Below are positions 54,348-64,000 of a stretch of 64,000 nt of DNA, piece by piece (position 1 is the first letter of the stretch; each line of letters starts with the position of its first letter). This DNA comes from Bacteroidales bacterium (GTDB lineage: Bacteria; Bacteroidota; Bacteroidia; Bacteroidales; VadinHA17): assembly GCA_036261255.1 (NCBI GenBank), contig DATALD010000051.1:2575-66574 (forward strand). The letters are read 5' to 3'. Both the position numbers and the translations under genes were made by a program. The notes below the pieces were generated by a model. It had not been told where the DNA came from, made no database searches, and saw nothing but the letters and a program-made list of their open reading frames with translations.

Positions 54348-56147
54348 ATGCCAGATATAATAAAGCTTCTTTCAGATGCAGTAGCTAACCAGATTGCCGC
54401 TGGCGAGGTCATTCAGCGGCCTGCTTCAGTTGTGAAAGAACTTGTTGAGAACGCTGTCGATGCCATGGCTGATGATATTAGTGTCATCATACGTGATTCG
54501 GGGAAAACACTAATTCAGGTTATCGATAATGGTTCAGGGATGTCTGAAACAGATGCAAGGCTTGCTTTTGAAAGGCATGCTACCTCAAAAATAAGTTCGG
54601 CACAGGATCTGTTTGCAATAAAAACCAAAGGTTTCAGAGGAGAGGCTCTTGCATCAATAGCTGCAGTTGCAATGGTTGAGCTCAAGACAAGAATGAAGGA
54701 TGAAGATGCCGGAATATTGATCTCAATCAGCGGATCGAAGGTTGAGAAACAGGAACCATGCAGTTGCCATGCAGGTTCTTCATTCGCTGTAAAGAATCTA
54801 TTCTTCAATATCCCTGCAAGAAGAAAATTCCTGAAATCAGATAATACTGAAATGCGTCATATTGTTAATGAGTTTCAGAAGATAGTTCTTGCTCATCCTG
54901 AAATAAAGTTTTCACTGATCCATAACGATTCAGAAATATACAACCTGCCAAAAGGCAATCTGAGACAAAGAATTATTGGAGTTTTTGGGAAACAGATCAA
55001 CCAGGAACTGATTACACTTGAAACTGAAACAACCCTGATATCAATAAACGGTTTTATAGGAAAACCTGAAAATGCAAGAAGAACCTATGGAGAACAATTC
55101 TTCTTTGTTAATAACAGGTACATGAAACACCCGTACTTTCATAAAGCCATTTCAGAAGCTTATCAGAATATCCTTCCCTCTGAATCAATTCCTTCGTACT
55201 TTATCTATATGGAAACTGACCCGGCTTCAATCGACATCAATATACACCCGACAAAAACAGAGATCAAGTTCGAAGATGAAAGAGCCATCTGGCAGATATT
55301 GATGGCATCTGTAAGGGAAGGTCTTGGAAGGTTTAACATCGCTCCTTCTATCGATTTTGGTAATGAAGCATTGATAGACATCCCTGTTGTAGTACCAGAC
55401 CATAATATGCCCGAACCAGTTATTAAAATTAACCCTGCATTCAATCCTTTTGATAACGAACAGGCTGCCACTTCCGGTAAAAGTTTCAAAGAAAGGTTTG
55501 AACACGGAAATTCCTCGGGCTGGCAGAAGCTTTATACAGGCATTGAGAACAATAAGGCTGCTTCTTCGTTTGATAGTATTGAGACAAGGAGAAAATTCTT
55601 CCAGATAAAAAGTAAATATATTGTTTGCCAGGTGAAGTCGGGACTAATGCTCATTGACCAGAAAAGGGCTCACGAAAGGATTCTATATGAGCACTTTCAG
55701 GAATGCCTTCATAGTGGGCATCTTGCTGCCCAGGCAGAGATGTTTCCCGTATCTGTAAGCCTTAATCCATCAGATTTTTTGGTATTCAGAGAAATCGAAA
55801 GAGAACTTGTAATGCTTGGTTTCAGGTTTGAACACAAATCTGAAAATGAAATTTTAATCACGGGTCGGCCGGCAATTGACAATACTCCTGAAATAAAAGA
55901 GATTGTTGAGATCCTGATAGAGAACTATAAGAACACCCAGGCTTCGCCTTCACTTGATGCCCATGAAAAATTAGCGGTATCGATGGCAGGCGCTTCTGCA
56001 ATTCCTTATGGTAAAATCCTTGACAATTTAGAGATGGAAGAAATGTTTGACAACCTTTTTGCATGTAAGTCACCAAACTACTCCCCAAAAGGGAAACCTG
56101 TCATTAGCATTATGACACTTGATGATATCGATAAAAGATTTGGATGA
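54348..56147 (+). CDS. mutL: DNA mismatch repair protein MutL
   Basis: MPDIIKLLSDAVANQIAAGEVIQRPASVVKELVENAVDA, DNG.GM and GFRGEAL. The start is taken at ATG 54348, which is internal to the track ORF. Confidence 0.95.
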   Translation: MPDIIKLLSDAVANQIAAGEVIQRPASVVKELVENAVDAMADDISVIIRDSGKTLIQVIDNGSGMSETDARLAFERHATSKISSAQDLFAIKTKGFRGEALASIAAVAMVELKTRMKDEDAGILISISGSKVEKQEPCSCHAGSSFAVKNLFFNIPARRKFLKSDNTEMRHIVNEFQKIVLAHPEIKFSLIHNDSEIYNLPKGNLRQRIIGVFGKQINQELITLETETTLISINGFIGKPENARRTYGEQFFFVNNRYMKHPYFHKAISEAYQNILPSESIPSYFIYMETDPASIDINIHPTKTEIKFEDERAIWQILMASVREGLGRFNIAPSIDFGNEALIDIPVVVPDHNMPEPVIKINPAFNPFDNEQAATSGKSFKERFEHGNSSGWQKLYTGIENNKAASSFDSIETRRKFFQIKSKYIVCQVKSGLMLIDQKRAHERILYEHFQECLHSGHLAAQAEMFPVSVSLNPSDFLVFREIERELVMLGFRFEHKSENEILITGRPAIDNTPEIKEIVEILIENYKNTQASPSLDAHEKLAVSMAGASAIPYGKILDNLEMEEMFDNLFACKSPNYSPKGKPVISIMTLDDIDKRFG

Positions 56148-56219
56148 AGGTGACAATTTGACAAGTAATAATATTTTGGCCTCAGAATTGCTGCAACAAG
56201 AATACTTAATAAAGAATAA

Positions 56220-56963
56220 ATGAACGGATACGGAAGAGGTTTTTTTGCCCTGCCACCTGTGGTTAAGAACATCATAATGCTCAATGTAATAATGCTGTTG
56301 GCTAACTATGCAGCTAAAGCAGCATTAGGCATCGATCTGAACACAATACTTGGTCTGTATTTCCCAAAGTCAGAGCAGTTCATGCCCGTGCAGATTATTA
56401 CTCATATTTTTATGCATGGCGACTTCCTGCATCTCCTCCTCAATATGTATGCTCTTTTCATATTCGGGCAGGTACTGGAGAGTACGTGGGGGCCAAAAAA
56501 ATTCCTGTTATATTATCTTGTCTGTGGTATAGGAGCAGCGATAACTCATGAAACAGTTATTGCATTCCAATATTCTGCAATTGCTTCGAACCTCGACTCA
56601 GATAGTCTTTCGATGGTGCTTGAAGAGGGGACCGATTGGTTCAGAAGAGGACAACCATTACCTGGTAATGAGATGCTTAAGCTGCAAATGTTATTGAATA
56701 CACCTACTGTTGGCGCTTCAGGAGCAGTATTCGGTATTCTCCTTGCATTCGGAGTTATGTTTCCAAATACCCAGCTGATGCTTCTCATCCCCCCAATGCC
56801 AATAAAAGCAAAATATTTTGTTATAATGTATGGAGCTATTGAACTCTATAGCGCAATCACCCAACCTGGAAGCAATATTGCACATGCTGCACATCTCGGG
56901 GGTATGCTGTTCGGCTATATAATGATAAGGTACTGGAAAAAAACCACTAATTACTTCTATTAA
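56220..56963 (+). CDS. Rhomboid family intramembrane serine protease
   Basis: HIFMHGDFLHLLLNM, catalytic GASGAVFG, and His in AHAAHLGG. Confidence 0.88.
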   Translation: MNGYGRGFFALPPVVKNIIMLNVIMLLANYAAKAALGIDLNTILGLYFPKSEQFMPVQIITHIFMHGDFLHLLLNMYALFIFGQVLESTWGPKKFLLYYLVCGIGAAITHETVIAFQYSAIASNLDSDSLSMVLEEGTDWFRRGQPLPGNEMLKLQMLLNTPTVGASGAVFGILLAFGVMFPNTQLMLLIPPMPIKAKYFVIMYGAIELYSAITQPGSNIAHAAHLGGMLFGYIMIRYWKKTTNYFY

Positions 56964-57850
56964 TGGGAATTTTTGATGATATGCTGAAATCGTTCAGGAA
57001 AGGGAACCATCTTATTAAATTGATTTATATAAATGTTGGGATCTTCCTTGTTATTGCTATTGCATCAATCCTGGGATTTCTTCTGAACAATACTGAAATC
57101 CCATCGACAATAATTTCAGTTCTCGCAGTCCCTGCTGATTCAAATTCATTAATTCTGAAACCCTGGACTTTATTGACATATATGTTCACTCACAAGGATG
57201 TTTTCCATATCCTTTTTAATATGTTATGGTTATACTGGTTTGGTACAATTTTTCTTGAATACCTTGATCAGAGGAAACTTACCGCAGTTTACCTTCTTGG
57301 AGGATTGACAGGTGCAATAGTCTATGTGCTTTCATTCAATATATTTCCAGCATTCACCAACGTTGTTTCAGAATCAATTGCAATTGGAGCCTCAGCTTCG
57401 GTAATGGCAATTGTTGTTGCAATTTCAGCTTATGTTCCTGAATACCAAATCAATCTGTTTCTTCTGGGAAGGGTGAGAATAAAATATATGGCGCTTGGAA
57501 TATTTATCCTTACTTCTGTTGTTGATTTTTCAATTAATTCAGGAGGCAAGCTTGCCCATATTGGTGGTGCACTTTTTGGATATCTTTTTACATTGAATTT
57601 AAGAAAAGGCCGCGATGTATCAAGGGGCTTTAATAAAATAATTGACTTTTTTGCAACCATTCTTAAGCCTCGTAAAAAGCTGCGCATGACCCATAAGAAA
57701 CCGGTAAATGATTATGATTATAATAGTATGAAAGCCGAGAGGCAAAAAACAATAAACAGCATACTCGATAAAATATCAAAAGCCGGATACGAAAGTCTTA
57801 CAAAAGAAGAAAAGGATATACTCTTCAGGGAAAGTCAAAACAAAAACTAA
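56963..57850 (+). CDS. Rhomboid family intramembrane serine protease (paralog) with charged C-terminal tail
   Basis: FTHKDVFHILFNM, GASASVMA and AHIGGALFG. Its ATG overlaps the previous stop by 1 nt (TAATG). Confidence 0.85.
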   Translation: MGIFDDMLKSFRKGNHLIKLIYINVGIFLVIAIASILGFLLNNTEIPSTIISVLAVPADSNSLILKPWTLLTYMFTHKDVFHILFNMLWLYWFGTIFLEYLDQRKLTAVYLLGGLTGAIVYVLSFNIFPAFTNVVSESIAIGASASVMAIVVAISAYVPEYQINLFLLGRVRIKYMALGIFILTSVVDFSINSGGKLAHIGGALFGYLFTLNLRKGRDVSRGFNKIIDFFATILKPRKKLRMTHKKPVNDYDYNSMKAERQKTINSILDKISKAGYESLTKEEKDILFRESQNKN

Positions 57851-57858
57851 CAGGAACA

Positions 57859-58938
57859 TTGAAAAAAGTACTTTATAGGTTACTCCTTTCAATAAATATT
57901 ATGCTTGGATTAGCATTAATCCTGTCATACCTTTCGGTTCATGTTAATCCTGAGGATCTTGCCTTTCCAGCTTTTTTCGGACTTGCATATCCATATCTCC
58001 TGCTCGTAAATATTATTTTGGTAATAATTTGGGCAATGCTGTTACGGCTTGAGGCTCTCATTTCTGTCGTTCTTATTGCTGCCGGGTTTAATCATTTCCT
58101 GAACTACATTCAGCTCTTTAAGACAAAAGAAAATAAGGAAGATACATTCAGGGTTATTAGTTATAATGTACATCTGTTCAATTACCTGAATAATAAAGAA
58201 ACCTCTTCACAAAAAAAGGTTTTCGAATTTGTTAAAGCTCATAAGCCCGATATTCTTTTTATTCAGGAATTCTACACAGGCGAAAACCCTTCAAAGATCA
58301 AGGCTTCAATCAATTCTGCAACAGGGTTAAAGTACAATACCCACTTAAAGATCCTTGGCAATGGCAAGAACAGGTTTTATGGAATTGCCACTTTTACAAG
58401 GTATCCGATTATAAACAAGGGTGAAATCATTCATCCTCACTCTTCAAGTCTTACAACATTCACCGATATCATTATTCAGAAAGACACATTCAGAATTTAC
58501 AACAATTACCTTGAGTCATTCAGACTTAAGAGGATGGAAAGATCGTTTATTGAAGAGATCACTTCAACCGACGATAATGAGTCATTTAGTGAAGTAACTA
58601 AGAACCTTTATTCAAGACTTAAAAAAGGTTTCGTAAACAGATCTCTCCAGGCACAGATTGTCAAGGATCATATCAGAAAATCTCCCTATCCTGTTATAGT
58701 TTCAGGTGATTTTAATGACACCCCTGTCTCTTATGCGTACAGGAAAATACGAAACGGTCTGAATGATTCATTTGTTAACTCAGGTTATGGGGCAGGCTTT
58801 ACTTACAAGGGTAATTATCCGCCAAACAGGATTGACTATATCCTTTATGATAACAAATTGATTAACAAGTACTTTGAGATAATTAAAGTGAAGTATTCCG
58901 ATCATTACCCCATAATTGCATACTTCAGGAAACCTTAA
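57859..58938 (+). CDS. Membrane-anchored endonuclease/exonuclease/phosphatase (EEP) family protein
   Basis: 3 N-terminal TM helices, then VISYNV.., LFIQEF, SGDFNDTP and SDHYPI. TTG start. Confidence 0.8.
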   Translation: MKKVLYRLLLSINIMLGLALILSYLSVHVNPEDLAFPAFFGLAYPYLLLVNIILVIIWAMLLRLEALISVVLIAAGFNHFLNYIQLFKTKENKEDTFRVISYNVHLFNYLNNKETSSQKKVFEFVKAHKPDILFIQEFYTGENPSKIKASINSATGLKYNTHLKILGNGKNRFYGIATFTRYPIINKGEIIHPHSSSLTTFTDIIIQKDTFRIYNNYLESFRLKRMERSFIEEITSTDDNESFSEVTKNLYSRLKKGFVNRSLQAQIVKDHIRKSPYPVIVSGDFNDTPVSYAYRKIRNGLNDSFVNSGYGAGFTYKGNYPPNRIDYILYDNKLINKYFEIIKVKYSDHYPIIAYFRKP

Positions 58939-59878
58939 ATGGCAGGTTCCTGAAATCAACATTCCCTCCTGATATTATTAATCCTGCCTTCTTACCTTTG
59001 AACATATCGGGATTTTCTTTAATAACTGCAAGAACAACAGCAGATGAAGGCTCTATAACTATTTTCATTCTTTCCCATACAAGAAGCAAACATTCTATAA
59101 TAGATTCTTCAGTAGCGGTAAGTATCTGATCAACATTAGTCCTTACGATTTCGAAAGTGAGAGGGCTGAATGATGTGAGTAATCCATCGGCAACTGTTTT
59201 ATTGTTTGTTGGAGGAACAATCTGTCCTGATTTAAAAGAAAGGTATGCATCATTCACAGTCAATGGCTCAGCTCCGTAAATCTTAATCTCTTTTTTCATT
59301 GCTCTGGCAGCTGTTGAAGTACCGCTTAATAATCCTCCGCCGCCGATAGGCGCCATTACTATTTCAAGATCTTTGACCTCTTCAAGCAATTCTACGGTTG
59401 CAGTTCCCTGTCCACAAATAACATTGAAATTGTCATAAGGATGCACAAGTGTTGCTCCTTCTTCTTCAATAATGATCCTGACAGTTCCTTCCCTTGCTTG
59501 TTGGTTTGGTTTACAATAAGTTATACTTGCTCCATACCCCTCAACTGCAGCCTTCTTCACAATTGGAGCATTTTCTGGCATCACAATATGTGCATTAATG
59601 TTGTTCATGCGTGCAGCAAGGGCGAGGGCTGCAGCATGATTACCAGAAGAATGTGTTACAACACCCTTCTTTTTTTCTTCGGCTGTTAACGAAAGGACAG
59701 CATTTGTTGCACCTCTGAACTTAAAAGCTCCTGTTTTCTGGAAATTTTCACATTTCAGATAAAGCTCGCACCCGAAAATGCTGTTTAGCATTTTTGATGT
59801 AAGTACAGGTGTCCTGTGGATAAAAGGACTTATCCTTTTATGTGCTTCCAGAATATCTTGAAAAGATGGCGTTAGCAT
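58925..59878 (-). CDS. PLP-dependent threonine/serine dehydratase (serine racemase-like, fold type II)
   Basis: PLP-lysine motif ENFQKTGAFKFRGA, plus SSGNHAAALA and the GGGGLLSG loop. Confidence 0.88.
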   Translation of the reverse strand: MLTPSFQDILEAHKRISPFIHRTPVLTSKMLNSIFGCELYLKCENFQKTGAFKFRGATNAVLSLTAEEKKKGVVTHSSGNHAAALALAARMNNINAHIVMPENAPIVKKAAVEGYGASITYCKPNQQAREGTVRIIIEEEGATLVHPYDNFNVICGQGTATVELLEEVKDLEIVMAPIGGGGLLSGTSTAARAMKKEIKIYGAEPLTVNDAYLSFKSGQIVPPTNNKTVADGLLTSFSPLTFEIVRTNVDQILTATEESIIECLLLVWERMKIVIEPSSAVVLAVIKENPDMFKGKKAGLIISGGNVDFRNLPFKVS

Positions 59879-59900
59879 AAAAAAAATTTATCGTAAAGTA

Positions 59901-59934
59901 CAAAAAAAGAAGGGCAGAAAATCACTGCCCTTCT
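59901..59934 (-). terminator. Rho-independent terminator after hppA
   Basis: 10-bp stem agaagggcag / ctgcccttct with loop aaaatca. On the minus strand it is followed by TTTTTTTG. Confidence 0.7.
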
Positions 59935-59957
59935 ATGTATTATTGTTTTGTATAATC

Positions 59958-62249
59958 CTATAATATACTGAATGCAACAGTTAAACCTGCAAGAACTACA
60001 GAAACCATTGACATAAGTTTAATAAGGATATTGAGTGCTGGTCCGGAAGTATCTTTGAAAGGATCACCTACTGTATCACCAACAACACTTGCCTTGTGGC
60101 AGTCAGATCTCTTACCGCCATAGTTACCTCTTTCAATATATTTCTTAGCATTATCCCATGCGCCGCCTGCATTGTTGAGCATACTTGCAAGAACAAACCC
60201 TGCTGACATACCACCAGCGAGAAGGCCAACTACACCAGGTACGCCAAAGATAATACCTACGAGAAGAGGAGCAATAATAGCAATAAGCGATGGAATAAGC
60301 ATTTCCTTCTGTGCTCCCGCGGTAGAAATAGCTACACATTTTGCATATTCCGGTTTTGCTTTGCCTTCCATAATACCAGGTATTTCTCTGAACTGGCGTC
60401 TTACTTCGTCAACCATGCTTCCTGCAGCACGACCAACAGCTTTCATGCTCATGGCGCTGAAAAGGAAGGCCATCATGGCGCCAATGAATACGCCACCAAG
60501 AAGGATTGGGTTGAAAAGAGAAAGATCATAAGCAGCAACAAAATCCCTGATTGATGCATTTGTTATATTAACAGCAACCTGTCCATCCTGAACTGCAGGA
60601 ACAGTACTGCTGTAGAATAGTGTATCACCAATCTGCTTGAAGCCATCGGGTGACTTGTCGATAAGACGGCCAAGCCATAATCTTATCTCTTCCATGTATG
60701 CTGCCATAAGCGCGAGAGCAGTAAGCGCTGCTGAACCAATAGCGAAACCTTTACCGGTTGCTGCTGTAGTGTTTCCAAGTCCGTCGAGAGCATCTGTTCT
60801 TTCCCTTACCTCTGCAGGAAGCTCTGACATTTCTGCATTTCCACCCGCATTGTCAGCGATAGGACCGAATGCATCAGTTGCAAGAGTTACTCCAAGGGTT
60901 GAAAGCATACCCACAGATGCGAAACCAATTCCATAGACACCCATTGCAAAGTTGCTGAATCCGCCAGCAAAACCATAAGCAGCAATAATTCCCGCAACAA
61001 TAGTAATAACCGGGATCCATGTTGAGAACATACCAACAGCCATACCTTCAATAATAACTGTTGCAGGACCTTGCTGTGATTGTTTTGCAATTCCCTGAGT
61101 TGGTTTGTTACCATCTGATGTAAAGTATTCTGTTGCCTGGCCGATTATCACCCCTGCAAGAAGACCTGAAACTGCAGAACCGAAAACACCCCAGGTGATC
61201 ATACCAACCCCAGCCATTACGGCCAGAACTACAAGGATGAGGGCTGAGCTACCGCCTGTTCCTAAAAGCAATGCTCTAAGAAGAGCTTTTGGAGTTGCTG
61301 ACTCTTGGGTCCTTACCATGTAAACGCCTGCTATGGAAAGTAGAATACCAACAGCTGAAACAAGCATAGGAGCAATAACGGCATCGACCTGTGTCATCCC
61401 TCCAACAGCCGGAAGTGCAGCGCCAAGTGCAGCAGTTGCAAGAATTGAACCTGCATAAGATTCATAGAGGTCAGCGCCCATACCCGCAACGTCACCTACG
61501 TTGTCACCAACGTTATCTGCAATAGTTGCAGGGTTACGTGGATCGTCTTCAGGAATACCTGCTTCTACTTTACCAACGAGGTCAGCGCCAACGTCAGCTG
61601 CTTTTGTAAAGATACCACCGCCAACGCGGGCAAAAAGAGCCTGTGTTGATGCACCCATACCGAATGTAAGCATCACAGCAGTGATCTCAATAAGTTTTTC
61701 ATGATCAGTTGTCCCCGGGTGTACAAATGTGAGTCCAAGAAGATCAAGGCCACTTGCCATGTGTTCGGGTGTGAATACGAGACCATTGAGTATCATAAAC
61801 CACAGAGCAATGTCGAGAAGTCCGAAACCAACAACAACAAGACCCATAACAGCTCCACTCCTGAGAGCAACCTGCAAGCCTTTATTAAGTGATTTTGAAG
61901 CAGCCCAGGCTGTCCTGTTGGATGCAAAAGTTGCAGTTTTCATCCCAAGGAAACCACATAATCCTGAGAAGAATCCTCCTGTCAGGAATGCGATCGGAAC
62001 AAACGGGTTCTGAATACCAAAGTAAGCCAGGACAGAAAGCAGAATAACAAGGATAATAAACACCTTCCCAACTACGGAATACTGGCGTTTCAAGTAAGCC
62101 ATTGCGCCTTCCCTTACATAGCCTGCAATCTCTTTCATCCTGTCTGTGCCCTCCTCCTGAGCTTTCATGCTCCGGTAGAATATCCATGCGAACAGAAGTG
62201 CGCAAAGAGCTGAGACCGGCACAATCCAAAAAATAGAACTACCAATCAT
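59958..62249 (-). CDS. hppA: Membrane-bound (K+-dependent type) ion-pumping pyrophosphatase
   Basis: 763 aa and about 16 TMs. [28 protein letters not shown] and [11 protein letters not shown]. The [16 protein letters not shown] block has Ala rather than Lys, which is the K+-dependent signature. Na+ versus H+ specificity is not decidable from sequence. Confidence 0.96.
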   Translation of the reverse strand: MIGSSIFWIVPVSALCALLFAWIFYRSMKAQEEGTDRMKEIAGYVREGAMAYLKRQYSVVGKVFIILVILLSVLAYFGIQNPFVPIAFLTGGFFSGLCGFLGMKTATFASNRTAWAASKSLNKGLQVALRSGAVMGLVVVGFGLLDIALWFMILNGLVFTPEHMASGLDLLGLTFVHPGTTDHEKLIEITAVMLTFGMGASTQALFARVGGGIFTKAADVGADLVGKVEAGIPEDDPRNPATIADNVGDNVGDVAGMGADLYESYAGSILATAALGAALPAVGGMTQVDAVIAPMLVSAVGILLSIAGVYMVRTQESATPKALLRALLLGTGGSSALILVVLAVMAGVGMITWGVFGSAVSGLLAGVIIGQATEYFTSDGNKPTQGIAKQSQQGPATVIIEGMAVGMFSTWIPVITIVAGIIAAYGFAGGFSNFAMGVYGIGFASVGMLSTLGVTLATDAFGPIADNAGGNAEMSELPAEVRERTDALDGLGNTTAATGKGFAIGSAALTALALMAAYMEEIRLWLGRLIDKSPDGFKQIGDTLFYSSTVPAVQDGQVAVNITNASIRDFVAAYDLSLFNPILLGGVFIGAMMAFLFSAMSMKAVGRAAGSMVDEVRRQFREIPGIMEGKAKPEYAKCVAISTAGAQKEMLIPSLIAIIAPLLVGIIFGVPGVVGLLAGGMSAGFVLASMLNNAGGAWDNAKKYIERGNYGGKRSDCHKASVVGDTVGDPFKDTSGPALNILIKLMSMVSVVLAGLTVAFSIL

Positions 62250-62304
62250 TTTATAGGTTTTTAAATTAATAATAGGTTTTAATAAGAAAATTTTTTCTCG
62301 GGTA

Positions 62305-62312
62305 CAAAACTA
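62305..62312 (-). promoter_or_regulatory. Candidate -7 box (TAGTTTTG) for hppA
   Basis: Minus-strand TAGTTTTG matches TAnnTTTG, about 55 nt upstream of the hppA ATG. Confidence 0.25.
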
Positions 62313-62678
62313 AAGTAAATTTTAATAAAAAGAACTAAAAAGATTTAAACTTTAAAGCGCTTGCAATTTAGAATAAATCTAAATTCAATGAATTGAGAAT
62401 CAGGATACATTCAGATGCATTGAGCGAAAGTCAAATTGCACGTGTTAAGAAAAAGAGAGAAAAACAATCAGTTACAGATGAAAACATCTGGGTTAATCAG
62501 TAAACTAAAAACTATTCGAGGAATAAAATGGCAGATTTTTTGATGCTTATAAATCTGATGATGCCAAAAAATACTGACAACAATTATGATTTCTCAATAT
62601 GTACTACTACTTTTGGTTCCCTTAATAGTCAAACTTTGCGTTTAAGGTCGTTTGCAATAATATTTAGTTAAATTTATT

Positions 62679-62686
62679 TACTTTTG
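62679..62686 (+). promoter_or_regulatory. Candidate -7 box (TACTTTTG) for the GT2 gene
   Basis: TACTTTTG matches TAnnTTTG, 20 nt upstream of the ATG at 62706, with a TTTG at 62651-62654 as a possible -33 element. Confidence 0.3.
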
Positions 62687-62705
62687 TCAGGTACCACAAT
62701 AAGTT

Positions 62706-63479
62706 ATGCCAAAAATAACCGCGATAATAATAACTTACAACGAGGAAGAGTACATCGGACGGTGTCTTGAATCAATCAAAGGGATTGTTGATGAAATAAT
62801 TGTAGTTGACTCATTTTCAACAGATAAAACAGAAGAGATCTGTAATAAATATAATGTAAGGTTCATAAAGCATAAATTTGAAGGGTATCGCGACCAGAAG
62901 AATTATGCCCTTAAACATGCAACTTATCCAAATATCCTTTCGCTCGATGCCGATGAAGCATTAAGTGACACTCTCAGAGAATCAATCCTGTCAATAAAGG
63001 ATATGGATAGATGGGATTACGATGGCTATAAATTCAACAGGAAAAACTATTACTGTGGTAAATGGATAAAATATTCAGATTGGTATCCTGACAGGCAACT
63101 GCGGCTCTTCTTTGCAGATCATGGTCAGTTCGGAGAACTAAATCTGCATGAGAAATTTATTCTCTCAAATGGCGCCAGGATAGGAAGATTGAAAGGAGAT
63201 CTTCTTCACCTGGCTTTTCTTTCTGAAAAAGAACATTTAGATAAAATGGAGAAGTATGCCCATCTTGGGGCAACAGAATATCATAGAACGGGTCGTAAAG
63301 CAAGCCTGATAACACCTTTCGTACATGCGGCCTGGGGATTCTTCAGAAAATATTTTATTCGTGGCGGATTCCTTGACGGGAAGGACGGATACAACATTTG
63401 TTCTGTTTATGCCCGTTCTGCCTTTAAAAAATACCGGATGCTTTATAAGCTAAATAGGACTAAAAAAAATAAAAATTGA
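62706..63479 (+). CDS. Glycosyltransferase family 2 (LPS-core KdtX/WaaE-like)
   Basis: ITAIIITYNEE, IIVVDSFSTDKT, QKNYAL and the SLDADE (DXD) motif. Confidence 0.85.
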   Translation: MPKITAIIITYNEEEYIGRCLESIKGIVDEIIVVDSFSTDKTEEICNKYNVRFIKHKFEGYRDQKNYALKHATYPNILSLDADEALSDTLRESILSIKDMDRWDYDGYKFNRKNYYCGKWIKYSDWYPDRQLRLFFADHGQFGELNLHEKFILSNGARIGRLKGDLLHLAFLSEKEHLDKMEKYAHLGATEYHRTGRKASLITPFVHAAWGFFRKYFIRGGFLDGKDGYNICSVYARSAFKKYRMLYKLNRTKKNKN

Positions 63480-64000
63480 ATTTCGGAGACGATATTAAAA
63501 ACTGCCTTGAAGTTCTCAAAGAAGGTGGAATAATCATCTATCCTACAGATACAATCTGGGGTCTGGGATGTGATGCAACAAACAACAAAGCAATTGAAAA
63601 AATATTCAGTATAAAATCAAGAGAGGAGAATAAAAGTCTCCTTATACTTGTTAATGGGATTGGTATGCTCGAAAGATATGTTTCAGAAATACCTTCAACA
63701 GCATCAGAACTCATCTCCGTATCTGATGATCCTCTGACAATTATCTACCCAAAAGGAAAGAATCTTGCGACAGGTGTCTGCAGTTCTGATGGATCAGTTG
63801 GAATCAGGATATGTAATGAAGAATTCTGTAATGAGCTTATAAGCAGATTCAGAAAACCAATTGTTTCAACCTCAGCAAATTTGAGCGGGAATCCTTCACC
63901 AAGGCATTTCGGTGAAATAGATAAGAGTATCCTTGAAAAAGCTGATTATATTGTAAGTTACAGGAGAAATGATAAACGAATCAAAAATCCTTCGCCTGTT
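63476..64000 (+). CDS. L-threonylcarbamoyladenylate synthase (YrdC/TsaC/Sua5 family), 3' end outside window
   Basis: Not in the ORF track because it has no stop. My translation from the TTG at 63476, which overlaps the GT2 stop (TTGA), gives ..GGIIIYPTDTIWGLGCDATN..SLLILV..PLTIIYP..IRI..RKPIVSTSANLSGNPSP... The frame stays open to the window end. Confidence 0.88.
   Translation, partial: MNFGDDIKNCLEVLKEGGIIIYPTDTIWGLGCDATNNKAIEKIFSIKSREENKSLLILVNGIGMLERYVSEIPSTASELISVSDDPLTIIYPKGKNLATGVCSSDGSVGIRICNEEFCNELISRFRKPIVSTSANLSGNPSPRHFGEIDKSILEKADYIVSYRRNDKRIKNPSPV

Noticed and set aside
60151-62229. A series of 60-120-aa ORFs on both strands inside hppA.
   Set aside because: The GC-rich, Gly/Ala-rich pyrophosphatase coding sequence generates long open shadow frames. 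Their translations are Pro/Arg/Ser/Ala low-complexity. hppA itself is continuous and carries all the family motifs.
1-64000. Screen for tRNA/rRNA genes, transposases, integrases, phage or toxin-antitoxin modules, and known defence systems.
   Set aside because: No intergenic region has tRNA-like cloverleaf potential or rRNA-like sequence. No ORF shows DDE, tyrosine or serine recombinase motifs, or defence-system hallmarks that I recognise. The window appears to be core chromosome plus signalling and carbohydrate accessory genes.

Overview
This 64-kb chromosomal window looks like a Bacteroidota (Bacteroidales-like) genome. The signs are moderate to low GC by eye, recurrent TAnnTTTG -7 boxes instead of Shine-Dalgarno sites, many short Cys-containing lipoprotein signal peptides, and GH97, DUF4369-TlpA and rhomboid-pair families. 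Coding is dense, at roughly 58 CDS. I found no rRNA, tRNA, CRISPR array, transposase or integrase.

Housekeeping genes:
- clpP (partial), clpX, folA-thyA, rplU-rpmA, serS, ruvC, comF, HIT and greA.
- ahcY, ribF, lpxH, comM, amtB-glnK, mutL, hppA and a partial tsaC-like gene.

Accessory content:
- A GH97 alpha-glucosidase.
- A five-gene glycogen block (16.1-27.4 kb) that includes a 1407-aa polypeptide fusing a GT3 glycogen synthase to a GT35 alpha-glucan phosphorylase.
- Two tandem TlpA-like lipoproteins, one with its CXXC motif degraded to SNSC.
- A TetR-TolC-HlyD-ABC(2 ATPases)-ABC2(2 permeases) efflux locus.
- A mutL-rhomboid-rhomboid-EEP block.

The best candidates for something undescribed are two adjacent signalling modules:
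- Module 1 (30.6-35.2 kb): an internally duplicated SiaB/GHKL-like putative kinase, divergent from an operon of SAM methyltransferase, membrane hybrid histidine kinase and stand-alone receiver.
- Module 2 (35.2-40.65 kb, minus strand): a four-gene operon with a near-consensus sigma-54 promoter candidate upstream. It encodes a periplasmic PstS/PhnD-like binding domain fused through one TM helix to a cytoplasmic GcvH (lipoyl-carrier)-like domain. It also encodes a histidine kinase whose periplasmic loop carries CXXCH and CX4CH heme-c motifs, an NtrC-type sigma-54 activator, and an archaemetzincin-type metalloprotease.

A short repeat family (CATAACTCTAGTCACT) occurs at two gene 3' ends 19 kb apart.

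All family calls come from motif recognition by eye in the supplied translations. No database search was possible.
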